From positions 352,001-416,000 of the forward strand of contig CAVRCF010000001.1 in NCBI GenBank assembly GCA_963719505.1: a stretch of 64,000 bases of DNA, in the 5' to 3' direction. The stretch comes from Halobacteriovoraceae bacterium (GTDB lineage Bacteria > Bdellovibrionota > Bacteriovoracia > Bacteriovoracales > Bacteriovoracaceae). Below the pieces are notes generated by a model, which was not told the DNA's origin, did no database searches, and saw nothing but the letters and a program-made list of their open reading frames with translations. Made by a program: the position numbers and the translations under genes. Positions 35,775-46,225 of the stretch are shown piece after piece. Each line of letters opens with the position of its first letter. Within the stretch, counting starts at the first letter, position 1.

Positions 35775-35959
35775 AAAAATCAAAATTACTCGCCATAGCC
35801 GTTGGTCTCCCTTCAAGTATTATAGGCGTTACAATGTTTGCGTTCTATTTAGAAAAGAATAAATACATTGGGAGTTTGCAAATGGTGGGTATTATTGTAA
35901 TTAATATTTTCGTTCAACTTTATTTTCTGGTTCTGTATGCAAATAAAAAATCAAATTAG
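35771..35959 (+). CDS. AtpZ/AtpI-like small two-TM protein
   Basis: Two TM segments with YLEK loop; position ahead of atpI-atpB. Confidence 0.6.
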   Translation: MKKSKLLAIAVGLPSSIIGVTMFAFYLEKNKYIGSLQMVGIIVINIFVQLYFLVLYANKKSN

Positions 35960-36299
35960 CCTTACACGTTATATCGTTTTATCCTTTCTCCACCTAGCAG
36001 CGACTGTTTATTATGTAGGCCAAGGAAGCGTTAATGTTCTTCTTGTTGTTTTTGCGGCAATTTTTCTCAATCAAGCCTGTCTTTTTGGAGCGATGCACAA
36101 ACTTTTAAATGTTCCTTCTGAAGAGCGGGACAATACCGGGATATTCATTTTATTTACGGCAAAGTTTCTTATTTTAGCAGCTGGACTATGGTACGGTATG
36201 GCTAATTTTGACGGAAATAAGCTAATAATCATTGGAAATTACATATTTCAATTGATTATCCTTTCTTTAAGTATTAAAAGATTAGGTAAAAAAAATTAA
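35937..36299 (+). CDS. ATP synthase protein I-like four-TM protein
   Basis: Four TM helices, AKFLIL motif, directly upstream of atpB. Confidence 0.65.
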   Translation: MQIKNQISLTRYIVLSFLHLAATVYYVGQGSVNVLLVVFAAIFLNQACLFGAMHKLLNVPSEERDNTGIFILFTAKFLILAAGLWYGMANFDGNKLIIIGNYIFQLIILSLSIKRLGKKN

Positions 36300-36308
36300 G
36301 GAATATAT

Positions 36309-37076
36309 ATGAAGTTTATTTTAGCTTTAATGCTTTTATTAACGAGTGCAAGTGCTATGGCGGCTGGCGGATTTATGTGGCTAGAAGGCATAACTCAATC
36401 ACTAAACCAACCCGATCATGTTGTAACTTTTGCGATCATGTGTGTTTTATTTTTAATCCTTGGAATTATTTATAGAGCAAAAACGAGTAATGTAGAAAAA
36501 GCACTTGTTCCAGATAAAGGAATAACTTTTAGAAATATTTACGAATTCTTTGGCGATTTTATTTATAACCTTTCAAAAAGCACGATTGGTGAAAAAGAGG
36601 GACCTGAGTATTTTAGATTTTTCATGTTCTATTTTCTCTTGATCTTTATGAGTAACCTCATTGGTTTAGTTCCAGGTTTCATGCCACCAACTGAAAACTT
36701 AAACACAGGTTTAGGTTTGGGAATCTTAGTCTTTTTATACTACAACTGGCACGGAATTAGAGTTCAAGGTTTAAAAGCACACATAGCTCACCTTATGGGA
36801 CCTATTGCTGCAATGGCTCCATTGATTTTTGTCATCGAGCTTATCTCTCACCTTATGAGACCTCTTACTTTAGGCTTAAGAATTAGAGGAAATATGATGG
36901 GAGATCACACGGTTTTGGCCGTTTTCTCTGATCTAGTGCCTTATATTATTCCAATACCATTCTATGTATTAGGTATTTTTGTTTGTTTTATGCAGGCATT
37001 CGTTTTTACAATTTTATCAATGGTTTATATGAACTTAGCGGTGGAACTTCACGATCATGGAGACCACGCGCACTAA
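36309..37076 (+). CDS. atpB: ATP synthase subunit a
   Basis: SNLIGLVPG, PPTENLN, RPLTLGLRIRGNM (essential Arg), QAFVFTIL. Confidence 0.96.
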   Translation: MKFILALMLLLTSASAMAAGGFMWLEGITQSLNQPDHVVTFAIMCVLFLILGIIYRAKTSNVEKALVPDKGITFRNIYEFFGDFIYNLSKSTIGEKEGPEYFRFFMFYFLLIFMSNLIGLVPGFMPPTENLNTGLGLGILVFLYYNWHGIRVQGLKAHIAHLMGPIAAMAPLIFVIELISHLMRPLTLGLRIRGNMMGDHTVLAVFSDLVPYIIPIPFYVLGIFVCFMQAFVFTILSMVYMNLAVELHDHGDHAH

Positions 37077-37107
37077 AAATATTTTTTAAACTTTAAAGGA
37101 GTTTTAA

Positions 37108-37344
37108 ATGGACAGTCAATCAATGTTAGCTTTAGGTGCAGCAATCGCAATCGCAATTGGTGCTTACGGTGGAACTTCAGCTCAAGGTAAAGCAGTAGCT
37201 GCTGCTCTTGAAGGGATCGCAAGAAACCCAGCTGCAAAAAGTGATATTCAAACACCAATGATTATTGGTCTTGCACTTATCGAGTCACTAGTAATTTTAT
37301 CTTTTCTTATCGCATTCTTTCTTCAAGCGAAGATTGGTGCATAA
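37108..37344 (+). CDS. atpE: ATP synthase subunit c
   Basis: GIARNP loop, ALIESL ion-binding Glu. Confidence 0.97.
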   Translation: MDSQSMLALGAAIAIAIGAYGGTSAQGKAVAAALEGIARNPAAKSDIQTPMIIGLALIESLVILSFLIAFFLQAKIGA

Positions 37345-37370
37345 TTAACCATTTTTTTATAAAAAGTAAC

Positions 37371-37394
37371 AACCCCGTGAATGCGGGGTTTTTT
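37371..37394. terminator. Terminator between convergent atpE and pdxA
   Basis: AACCCCG-TGAATG-CGGGGTT followed by TTTT. Confidence 0.8.
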
Positions 37395-38283
37395 ATGCCT
37401 GCCACCTAAGTATTTCATCAAGTAGATAGTTCATTCCAAGATAATTAGCGCGATTTTTTCCGTAGAGATCAAAAGCTGTTCCATGATCAGGAGAGACTCG
37501 TATAAAGGGAAGGCCTAGAGTTAGGTTGATTCCTTGAAGTCCATTATGCTGTTTAAAAACACTTAGCCCCTGGTCGTGATACGCATACACAAACAAAGTA
37601 TCAAGTGCATGTTTATTAAAATAAAGAGTATCAGCAGGAATAGGACCTAAAAAATCAATTGTCTGAAATTTGTTTTTTAAAGACAATATAGCTTTATCAA
37701 TCTCATTATCCTCATCACCCATCATCCCTTTTTCACCGTTGTGTGGATTAATACCTGAAAAATAGATTTGGGAAATCTTCCTAAGATTTTTTATATTATC
37801 GAGAAAAAGAGAAACCTTGTTTTGGATCATCTCTTTATTTATTGAGCGTCCTATATCATTCAATCTAATATGGTCGGTCAGCAGGAGAACATTAAAGTCT
37901 TTTGAAATAAAACTCATCACAATATTTGAATCACTATAAACATTTCGAAAATACTCTGTGTGGCCACTCAATACTTTATTACGGTAAACAAATTGTTCTT
38001 TTGATGAGGGAAGAGTTAAAAGGATATCCCGTGGATGGATCTCATCAATAGCTTTGTTCATTGAACGTACCGTTTGAAACTCACTAGATTCAACAAAAGA
38101 GAGCTTCAATTTTTTTACAAGAGATTCATAACTTATATTTATTGAAGCTAAAGTTTTTAAAAGCGTGGCTTTGTGGCAGTAAAGTTTGAATTGGGACTGT
38201 GAAAGACTTGGAAGACATAAAAAACTTTTAATGAAAACCTCTAAGCCAATTCCTTTTTCATGACCTTGAGTAACGAGAATCAT
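37393..38283 (-). CDS. pdxA: 4-hydroxythreonine-4-phosphate dehydrogenase PdxA
   Basis: GHTEYF, LTDHI, GINPHNGE, YHDQGL, RVSPDHGTAFD; likely ATG at 38283. Confidence 0.92.
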   Translation of the reverse strand: MILVTQGHEKGIGLEVFIKSFLCLPSLSQSQFKLYCHKATLLKTLASINISYESLVKKLKLSFVESSEFQTVRSMNKAIDEIHPRDILLTLPSSKEQFVYRNKVLSGHTEYFRNVYSDSNIVMSFISKDFNVLLLTDHIRLNDIGRSINKEMIQNKVSLFLDNIKNLRKISQIYFSGINPHNGEKGMMGDEDNEIDKAILSLKNKFQTIDFLGPIPADTLYFNKHALDTLFVYAYHDQGLSVFKQHNGLQGINLTLGLPFIRVSPDHGTAFDLYGKNRANYLGMNYLLDEILRWQA

Positions 38284-39197
38284 TAAATATTTTCTAAGAT
38301 ATAGTAGTTTAGATATTCTCTGGAGAACCAACTTTGAGTTACACCCACACTTCTTTGAGCATAGAGCTGACCATAAAGTTGGTCTCTGCTATTAAGGAAG
38401 TCTTGAGAGGCTTTAAGTTCTTTCTTTTTCAAATAGAAAAAATGAGCTGTCCCATCTTTAACATAGGCTTCAGAAAATGATTTGGCATTAGTACTTTTTA
38501 AAACAGTATTTAAATCTTTTGGAAGATCATCACCAGAGAGTTTGCCTAAGTTGTTGGTTTCAAGTCGCGAATAAATGGCAGGAAGGTTTCCAGTTTGTTG
38601 ATAATTAGACAATATTTCTGGTATTTTAGAAAGATCGCCCTTTTGAATTTTTGATTCAGGAAGTGTGAAATCTACAATATCGTATTCAAAGCTTAAGGCT
38701 TTGTTGGATGAATTATTTTGGTAATAAAGGTTTTTTAACTCTTGGTCGGTAATATTAACAAGGGGAGCTATAATTCTTCTATTAAAAATATTGAACTCAG
38801 TGGCTTGCCTAATGAGCTCAAAATACTCGTCGAAGGTGATTCCTTTAGCTTTTAAAAACTGAATAAGATCCGCTCTTCTTAGTCCCAATTTTTTCTCAGT
38901 ATCTTTAATTCGCGCCTCAACACTGTCATCCGACACAACAAAACCTTGAGCTGAGAGCTTATCTTTAACGATAAATTTTTGCTGTTGAATTTTTAAGATA
39001 TCGTTGAGGCTGTAATTTTTTTTATTTGCATAAATAAAAGGTGCAATTTCTGTTCTCGCTGGTATCGTCGCTTGAATTCTTTCTAATTCAGACAAAGAAT
39101 AAACTTTATCATTAATAACACCAGCTATCTTATCAATAAGTTTTCCATGGGACTGGAATGAAATGAGAATTAAAAAAACAGAAATATACTTTTTCAT
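38283..39197 (-). CDS. surA: SurA-like periplasmic chaperone
   Basis: Signal peptide, LIDKIAGVIND N-terminal domain, degenerate PPIase; position upstream of pdxA. Confidence 0.75.
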   Translation of the reverse strand: MKKYISVFLILISFQSHGKLIDKIAGVINDKVYSLSELERIQATIPARTEIAPFIYANKKNYSLNDILKIQQQKFIVKDKLSAQGFVVSDDSVEARIKDTEKKLGLRRADLIQFLKAKGITFDEYFELIRQATEFNIFNRRIIAPLVNITDQELKNLYYQNNSSNKALSFEYDIVDFTLPESKIQKGDLSKIPEILSNYQQTGNLPAIYSRLETNNLGKLSGDDLPKDLNTVLKSTNAKSFSEAYVKDGTAHFFYLKKKELKASQDFLNSRDQLYGQLYAQRSVGVTQSWFSREYLNYYILENI

Positions 39198-40028
39198 TTA
39201 TTTTAAATTTTCCTTGAACAACTTTATTTTAGCAGTCTTTCTTTCACCTTCGAAATAGTTCTCTAAGATGGAATCTCTTTTTACATCGTAAATGATCTTT
39301 TTGTACAATTTAATATCAATTTGCTCAAAAGTCTTTTTTCCAAGAACCTTAGCGATGTGAAATCCATACTGAGTTCTAAAAGGTTTAGTAATGAAACCAA
39401 TAGACTTATCCTTGATAGCTTCGTAATACTCTGGTGTAAGTTTCGTCTTAGGTTGGTACCCTAGGTCACCACCAATAGGAGCGTCAGAAGTTTGCGAAAA
39501 CTTTTTTGCCATCTCCATAAAATCATCAGGTTTCTTTTGAAGTTGATTATAAATATTAGCTGTTTGTGCTTGAGCGGCTTTGACATCATCAGGTGATGGA
39601 TTGGCCCTTAATCTATAAAGAATTTGAGCGGTACGGTATTCTGGGTTTTGCGCATAATATTTTTTTACTTCATCGTCGCTTACCGTTATTTTTTTAAGCT
39701 CAGGTTCTAAGTCTTTTGAAATTTGTGCGTGGTAAACAACATCATTCATCTTTTTGATTACAACAGGATTTTTATGAAGTTTGTTTTTCTTTGCTTTATC
39801 AATTCCTACAATTCTATTAACTAAGTCATTGAGTGAACTTTCCAATGTAACTTTTTTAGCCCCTTGAACAAATTTTAAACTATTTGTATGGTATCTATAA
39901 AGTTCAGACTTTTTTATTTTTCTTCCATTAACCTCTGCAACAACTGGATCTTTGGCCTGTTCTTTTTTGTCTGTTTGTGAAAACGATAAAGTCGGTAGTA
40001 ATAATAAGCTTAATAAAATCCATTTCAT
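39198..40028 (-). CDS. Parvulin-type peptidyl-prolyl isomerase (exported)
   Basis: VVAEVNG, FMEMAKKFSQ, GGDLGY, PFRTQYGFHI. Confidence 0.9.
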   Translation of the reverse strand: MKWILLSLLLLPTLSFSQTDKKEQAKDPVVAEVNGRKIKKSELYRYHTNSLKFVQGAKKVTLESSLNDLVNRIVGIDKAKKNKLHKNPVVIKKMNDVVYHAQISKDLEPELKKITVSDDEVKKYYAQNPEYRTAQILYRLRANPSPDDVKAAQAQTANIYNQLQKKPDDFMEMAKKFSQTSDAPIGGDLGYQPKTKLTPEYYEAIKDKSIGFITKPFRTQYGFHIAKVLGKKTFEQIDIKLYKKIIYDVKRDSILENYFEGERKTAKIKLFKENLK

Positions 40029-40071
40029 AAGAGTTCCTAATTGTTGTTTAAACTATATTCTAATAAAAACA

Positions 40072-43000
40072 CTAACATGGGTCTATTTGCTGTGCAATAT
40101 AATTCGTGAATTCAAGCAGTGTTTCGGGCTTTACGGAATCTTTGAAAGAACAGTTGACTGAAAAATTCGGATTTAGTTTATAGACCTTTGGCCTTTCCAT
40201 AAAAAATTGAATAACTTTGTTGCGCAGAGTCACATCTTCTGCAATTTCCAGCTGATTAAAATTGAGAATGATTGATTTAGACAGCACTTTTATACTATCT
40301 AGTGCGAGGTGTTGTAAATTGATACGAGATTTGAGGATCAAATATAGGTTTTGCGCCTCTTGAGGAGAGAGACCAAATTGATCTTCAATTTCTTCAATAA
40401 TTTCATCGAGTAGATCGTGAGATTTACAATTAGATAGACGCTTATAATACTTTAATCTCAGCCCGGTATCTTCGATAAATTTGTTTGGTAAAAAAGAAGG
40501 AAAGGGTGTTTGAATTTCAATCGATCGGCTGTGATTAACAGGCTGCCCTTTTAATTCCTCAATAGATTCTTGAAGGAGCTCCATATATAGTTCTAAACCA
40601 ATATTTGCGATATGACCTGATTGCTCAGCTCCTAGTATATCCCCGCTTCCTCTAATTTCTAAATCTGAGGTTGCTAGCGAAAAACCAGAACCCATATCTG
40701 CATAGGTCTGAAGAGCTTTAAGTCTCTTTGTTGCTATGTCGGAGAGGTTCCTATTCGACGGCACTAGAAAGTAAGCATAAGCTTTTCTATCAGAGCGGCC
40801 GATTCTCCCTCTTAATTGATGAAGTTGAGAAAGTCCAAAGGTATCGGCCCGATCGATGATCATCGTATTAGCAGCTGGGATATCAATTCCAGATTCGATA
40901 ATCGTTGTCGAAATTAAAATATCGAATTTATGTTCATAGAAATCTTTTATTCTTTTTTCTAGCTCCCTCTCAGGCATCTGACCATGCGCCACAACCAAGG
41001 AGGCGTCGGGAACTAATTTTTTAATGGATGCTGCATACTCTTCAATGTCATTAACCTTATTGTGAACGATAAAAATCTGTCCACCTCTAGACAATTCTTT
41101 TTCAATGGCATCTCTAACAGTTTTACCGTCATCCTTGATAATATAGGTCTTTATAGACTGCCTCTTAAGGGGCGCTGTTCTTATTAATGAGAGTTCTCTG
41201 ATTCCGAGAAATGACATTTGTAGTGTTCTTGGAATTGGAGTGGCCGTCATAACAAGATTATCTACAGTAGCCTTTAGTAACTTTAGTTTCTCTTTATGAG
41301 CAACACCAAACCTCTGTTCTTCATCGATAATAATTAAACCGAGATCTTTGTACTTTATTTTATCTGAGAGAAGTTTATGAGTTCCAATTAATATATCTAC
41401 TGTTCCTTGCTCTACTCTTTGCAGGATTTCTTTAACTTGGGAAGCTGACTTAAACCGCGACACATACTCAATATTGACGGCAAAGCCTTCAAAGCGCTTT
41501 ATAAAAGTGTTGTAGTGTTGATAAGCTAAAACTGTTGTTGGAACCAGGATCGAAACTTGCTTTTTATCGAGAACAGCTTTAAATGATGCCCTCATTGCAA
41601 CTTCAGTTTTTCCAAAACCAACATCACCACAAATAAGTCTATCCATTGGTGTTTCTTTTTGCATATCTTCGAGGACATCATCAATAGCTGATAGTTGATC
41701 GGGAGTTTCTTCAAACGGGAAATCCAACTCGAACTCTTTAAAGTGATGGTCAGGCTCAGAAAAAGCAAATCCTTTTCTGAGTTTTCGTTTGGCATTTAAT
41801 TCTAAAATATCAAATGCCAGTCTCTTAACTGAGCTTCTCGCTTTTGATTTAGCTAATTCGAATTTTTTTGTTTTAAGGCTATCAACTCTTTGCTCAGTAA
41901 TTTGATTGGCATGTTTTTGAATTAAGTTCAGCTTGTAAACGGGCAGGTAAACTTTATCATTATCTTTGTATTCGATGATAATAAAATCATTTTCTTGGTT
42001 GCCCATTTTTATATTTTCCATACCTAAATACTTACCAACACCATGAACCTTATGAATGAGGTAATCACCAATTTTTAGTGTTGACAGCTGTTCAGCAAAA
42101 AGGTCTTCAGTATTTAGTTTTTTAGATTTTCGCGTTTTCTTAATCTTTTCTGCGAAAAGATCAGACTCCGAAAGAAAGAATGTGTTTTCATTTTTGTAAT
42201 AAAATCCAGACGTGAGGGAAATTTGAAAATATTCAATCTTAGATTTTAGCTCTTTGCTAGAAATATTCTCTGAGATTAAAAATTCCAATTCCTTTCTAGA
42301 GCTATCATTTCTATAAAGAATATACAGTTTGCCTGAAGCACCTAATTTAGACTCAATTGCTTTTATGAGCTGATGGAGGTACTCATATTTATTTTTGGGC
42401 TCAACTTGAGAATATTTCTTTAAGAAAACCTTTGTTGATTCAAAATGAAGATTCAAAGAATTATCTAAGTTGTCACCCAGGTCAATATTGAGTGATATCT
42501 CGTCAATATTAAACTCCTTAAAATCTTTCTGCAATAACGAGTTGAAATGGTAAATCTGTTCAGGTTGAGGAAAGACTTCATCATCACTTGGATCTTCAAC
42601 TGACCTTTTAACTGATTCATAAAAGTTAGCTTCGCTTTCATTAAACTGATTTTCTGAGGTATCTTTTTCAAAAAAATGAAGCTTATAACTTGGAGTTAAA
42701 AAATCAGTTAAAAGCAAGTTCGTTTCAAAAAAAAGAGGAAAAAACAGCGGATAATTCTCAAACAACATTCCCTGAGATAATTTTTCAAAAATTTCATTTT
42801 TATTCTTATTCTTTAACTTTTGTGTTGGCGAATACTTTGGAAGTTTTGATCTAAGTGATAACACAGAATCTGGAGAGATAATCCCTTGGGGGGATTGTGC
42901 AATCGATACCGTTTGAACAGGTTGGTCCTTTAAGGTTTTGAGGTTATCTTTATCAATTTTGTATATTTCCTCAATCATATCGTCGAAATATAAAAGGCGA

Positions 43001-43557
43001 ATTGGATCACCGTCCAAAGGAAAGATGTCAAAGATCTCTCCTTTTTTAGAAAAGACCCCAGGCTCTTCAACTGTTGGTGATTTACTATAGCCAAAAGAGC
43101 CAAGTTTTAACGCCAGATCATCTGGGGAAATAATGTCTGAGACTTCTATCTTAAAGGAGTTTAAAAAATGCTCTTTTGGAGGTAGCTTTAGGTGCATTGC
43201 AGAATAAGTTGTAATGATAACTCTTTTTCTCTCCGGATGAGATACCAAAGCTTGCAATGTGAGCTGCCTTTTGTAGAGTGCTGCTTCAGACTGAATAATT
43301 GACGAAAACGGATTATCAGTAAGACCTGGAAAAAAAAGGATCTCTTTTTTGTATTGCTTTAAGGTCTCATATGCCTTTTCAGCTTGCTCCTCTGTTCGAA
43401 AGATAAAAACATCTGAATTTTGAAAATTTGTCTCTTTCTTAAAGAAATTAAAATAAATAAAGCTCCAAGTAGAAAAATCAACACCAGACAGTTTTACTAC
43501 GCTATTTTTATCAAAAATAGTTTTTATGTTTTTTACAATACTCGAAAAGTCGGACAT
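40072..43557 (-). CDS. mfd: Transcription-repair coupling factor
   Basis: HKVHGVG (RID), GDVGFGKT, DEEQRFG, TATPIPRT, QLRGRIGR, DLEIRGSG. Confidence 0.97.
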   Translation of the reverse strand: MSDFSSIVKNIKTIFDKNSVVKLSGVDFSTWSFIYFNFFKKETNFQNSDVFIFRTEEQAEKAYETLKQYKKEILFFPGLTDNPFSSIIQSEAALYKRQLTLQALVSHPERKRVIITTYSAMHLKLPPKEHFLNSFKIEVSDIISPDDLALKLGSFGYSKSPTVEEPGVFSKKGEIFDIFPLDGDPIRLLYFDDMIEEIYKIDKDNLKTLKDQPVQTVSIAQSPQGIISPDSVLSLRSKLPKYSPTQKLKNKNKNEIFEKLSQGMLFENYPLFFPLFFETNLLLTDFLTPSYKLHFFEKDTSENQFNESEANFYESVKRSVEDPSDDEVFPQPEQIYHFNSLLQKDFKEFNIDEISLNIDLGDNLDNSLNLHFESTKVFLKKYSQVEPKNKYEYLHQLIKAIESKLGASGKLYILYRNDSSRKELEFLISENISSKELKSKIEYFQISLTSGFYYKNENTFFLSESDLFAEKIKKTRKSKKLNTEDLFAEQLSTLKIGDYLIHKVHGVGKYLGMENIKMGNQENDFIIIEYKDNDKVYLPVYKLNLIQKHANQITEQRVDSLKTKKFELAKSKARSSVKRLAFDILELNAKRKLRKGFAFSEPDHHFKEFELDFPFEETPDQLSAIDDVLEDMQKETPMDRLICGDVGFGKTEVAMRASFKAVLDKKQVSILVPTTVLAYQHYNTFIKRFEGFAVNIEYVSRFKSASQVKEILQRVEQGTVDILIGTHKLLSDKIKYKDLGLIIIDEEQRFGVAHKEKLKLLKATVDNLVMTATPIPRTLQMSFLGIRELSLIRTAPLKRQSIKTYIIKDDGKTVRDAIEKELSRGGQIFIVHNKVNDIEEYAASIKKLVPDASLVVAHGQMPERELEKRIKDFYEHKFDILISTTIIESGIDIPAANTMIIDRADTFGLSQLHQLRGRIGRSDRKAYAYFLVPSNRNLSDIATKRLKALQTYADMGSGFSLATSDLEIRGSGDILGAEQSGHIANIGLELYMELLQESIEELKGQPVNHSRSIEIQTPFPSFLPNKFIEDTGLRLKYYKRLSNCKSHDLLDEIIEEIEDQFGLSPQEAQNLYLILKSRINLQHLALDSIKVLSKSIILNFNQLEIAEDVTLRNKVIQFFMERPKVYKLNPNFSVNCSFKDSVKPETLLEFTNYIAQQIDPC

Positions 43558-43644
43558 TCCCTTAACCTATTAAAAACACTGTTTTCATCATGTTAATTAT
43601 TAGCTACCCTATACTAAGTCAACCTAATAAGAGAAGCAAATTAC

Positions 43645-43917
43645 ATGGATGTTAAGCTTTACATTTTCAATGCACTTATTTATCTCATTGTGCCAGCGGG
43701 ATTCTTCTGTCTATTCTTTAGACCCAATAAAGACAAAAACTTGTCTTTTCGTCTTCAGTTTTTAAAAACCAAAAGACCGGATCAATCTAAAATAATATCT
43801 GTCATAGGACTGGTTATTTTGACTTGCCTTATATTGATCTATAGAGCTGATCTCATTTTTCTGATGTCGACAATTCTTCTTTTGTTGCTCCTTTTTAGAA
43901 AAAGATTTATCAAATGA
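43645..43917 (+). CDS. Three-TM protein, highly diverged NuoA-like
   Basis: TM1 followed by RPNKDKNLSF loop (cf. NuoA RPxxxKxxxYE), then two TMs. Confidence 0.5.
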   Translation: MDVKLYIFNALIYLIVPAGFFCLFFRPNKDKNLSFRLQFLKTKRPDQSKIISVIGLVILTCLILIYRADLIFLMSTILLLLLLFRKRFIK

Positions 43918-44732
43918 TTGAAATACTAAAAATGTCATTGATACAAGTAAGTGGGGCATTTATGGGTATGCTCCTTATTGCCATCAGCGGATATGTTGAA
44001 ACCTTTAAGATTTCTAGAGGGGTCTTCAATTTAATTAAATACTTTAAATTGACGAGTAGAAAAATAACAGTCTCCAGCTTTAAAAATAAAATGCCAGCAA
44101 ACTCTTATCTCATTAAGTTTTTATTATATATTCTCTTTTCCTTTTTTATTTTTAATACAACGACTTCAAATATTGAAATGCAAAGATACACTTTTTTGAT
44201 CTTAACCGTTTTATATTTCATTTTTGATGTCACGCTTTACTTGGAAGACAGTACACCCAATAAGAGTATAGAAGGTTATTTAGCAAGAAAATCAATTTTG
44301 ATGGTTCTGATTCTGAGTAGTTCTATATTCTCTTTATACCTTCTTGAAAAAGTCCCGGCGGGGAGTATTTATATTATTGCTTTAAAAATAGTAATCTTCC
44401 TCAATACCACTGGCCTAATCTATCTCTACGATTTTTTGTCCGAAAAATCATCTGAAGAAGTCTTGAATGCATTCCTTAGAAAAATTCTTTTTTACTTCCT
44501 CTTAATGAGTTTGTTCGTTTCATTAAACTCTTTTGGTTCGAGTGCTCAGTCATTGATTAAATACGGCTACTTTAGCGTGAGCATTGTCCTTGTAGAGTTC
44601 ATGGCAACATATGTAAAAACGAACCTAGGCTTCGTAAAGATAAATAGTGCCCTGAACCTTCTGGTTGATAACTTACTCGTTTATTTAATTATTTTTTGCG
44701 TTGTCATCGCGGGGTTAATCTATGTTGTTTAA
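43914..44732 (+). CDS. Multi-TM protein, highly diverged NuoH-like
   Basis: GYVETFKI ~ YxERKV; FKLTSRK ~ LKLLxKE; YVKTNLGFVKINSALNL ~ WVRATLPRxRYDQLMNL. Confidence 0.55.
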   Translation: MIEILKMSLIQVSGAFMGMLLIAISGYVETFKISRGVFNLIKYFKLTSRKITVSSFKNKMPANSYLIKFLLYILFSFFIFNTTTSNIEMQRYTFLILTVLYFIFDVTLYLEDSTPNKSIEGYLARKSILMVLILSSSIFSLYLLEKVPAGSIYIIALKIVIFLNTTGLIYLYDFLSEKSSEEVLNAFLRKILFYFLLMSLFVSLNSFGSSAQSLIKYGYFSVSIVLVEFMATYVKTNLGFVKINSALNLLVDNLLVYLIIFCVVIAGLIYVV

Positions 44733-45144
44733 TATCTCAATATTGATAGCTATCGTTTTATGTGTATGGTCACTTTATACGAAAAAATATTTTTACGACT
44801 ATCTTTTAGCCATCGTTATGACGACTGTCTTTGCTTACCTTATGGCACAAAGAGTTTCACTTTTGGGAACAAGCTTAATTACATTTTTAGCGTTTATGAG
44901 TTTAGTGCTCTTGATGAGTAATTTTCTAGCCACATCGGAAAAAATTAAACGAAGAATTTATAAATCTTATTGGGGAAAAGTATTTATTTCTATGGTCTTT
45001 GGAGCTGGGATTGTTTTTACTTTCAAAAAAATAGCTCTGCCAAATCTCACCTTTAATAGAATTGAGTTTACCGAGGACTATTACCTTCTCATTGTTGTTT
45101 TTTTAATATCGATAAGTTTAAAGAAACAGAAGGAAGAAAAATGA
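44722..45144 (+). CDS. Membrane protein, diverged NuoJ-like
   Basis: About 5 TMs, SLYTKK loop after TM1, FTEDYYLL ~ LFTxYLLP; gene order. Confidence 0.5.
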   Translation: MLFNISILIAIVLCVWSLYTKKYFYDYLLAIVMTTVFAYLMAQRVSLLGTSLITFLAFMSLVLLMSNFLATSEKIKRRIYKSYWGKVFISMVFGAGIVFTFKKIALPNLTFNRIEFTEDYYLLIVVFLISISLKKQKEEK

Positions 45145-45392
45145 TATACTTCTCAATAATCTCTTTTATCTTGTCCGTTAGATACGTCTTTATTAGCTGG
45201 AATACCCCTGATAAACTTATTGGTGGATACTACTTAATTTTGGGTGGAGTGTCGTTAGTTGCAGCACATCCACGTATTTCCGACGAAAACATTATTCTCA
45301 CTGGTGTAGCTATTTGCTGTTCTGTATTGAGTCTTGGATTACTACTAGGAAAAATTGGAAAGCAGATGAAAAATGATGAGGAACTTATATGA
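45141..45392 (+). CDS. Three-TM protein, diverged NuoK-like
   Basis: 83 aa; VAICCSVLSLGLLL ~ VAAAEAAVGLAI; conserved Glu residues absent. Confidence 0.5.
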   Translation: MIYFSIISFILSVRYVFISWNTPDKLIGGYYLILGGVSLVAAHPRISDENIILTGVAICCSVLSLGLLLGKIGKQMKNDEELI

Positions 45393-46225
45393 TTCTCATC
45401 GCTTTTACTATTCAAATTATTCTTTTATTTTTCTTAAAAAGTCATAAGACTTTCTCGGTGATCGGTGTTGGGTTACTAATGTCTTTGATAAACTTCTTTG
45501 ATTTATTTTCACAGTATTCATTATTAAAGCTCTCGATAACTGCGAATATTATCTATATCATCATTATGATTATCTTTTTGATCCAACAGATAAATAAAAA
45601 AAATGTAAAAGCAAAAAACATCATCTTCTTTAGCTTTATATTTGCCACAATGAATACGTACATTATTGCTGTGAGTTTACTTCTTTCGCTAATCTTTAAT
45701 CAAGAAACAGGTTTAGATGACAGGCCAAAAACTTTAATAAAACTGCTTTGTGTTATTTTTATAGGGGACTACTTTTTTGGAGGGTGGAATATATCCTTTC
45801 TTATACCATTTCTTATTCTTGTAGGATTAGCTTTATCTCAACTTCGGCTATTTACTGCTAGCAGCTTTTCGTACTTTACTACGAGTGCCTTTATAACAGC
45901 TGCAGAAGGTGGACAATACTATACCTTTTCCCTAGTGGGCGCGGTTTTAGCTATCCTTATTTTGAGAGAATTTATTGCCAATAGAAAAGAGAAGATAGTC
46001 AGGAATGACTTTATAGATAAAGTCACTTTTAGTCTGTTGATAACTCCACAACTAAGAGTTAAGAGAGCTAATATTGTTGAGACACAGACACAGTCTTCTG
46101 AATCTACAGATATAGCTCAGTATAGAAATGATATTGTTAATAAAGAGGATATTCTTGATCTTTTGTTGGCTTTCTTGGCCGTCGGATCAATAACCTATCT
46201 GGGGGCAACTTATGGAAATATATAA
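45389..46225 (+). CDS. Membrane protein, shortened NuoL-like
   Basis: KLLCVIFIGDYF ~ KAFxVNRIGDxG; FIDKVTFSLLITP ~ YxDELYxxLIVxP. Confidence 0.5.
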   Translation: MILIAFTIQIILLFFLKSHKTFSVIGVGLLMSLINFFDLFSQYSLLKLSITANIIYIIIMIIFLIQQINKKNVKAKNIIFFSFIFATMNTYIIAVSLLLSLIFNQETGLDDRPKTLIKLLCVIFIGDYFFGGWNISFLIPFLILVGLALSQLRLFTASSFSYFTTSAFITAAEGGQYYTFSLVGAVLAILILREFIANRKEKIVRNDFIDKVTFSLLITPQLRVKRANIVETQTQSSESTDIAQYRNDIVNKEDILDLLLAFLAVGSITYLGATYGNI

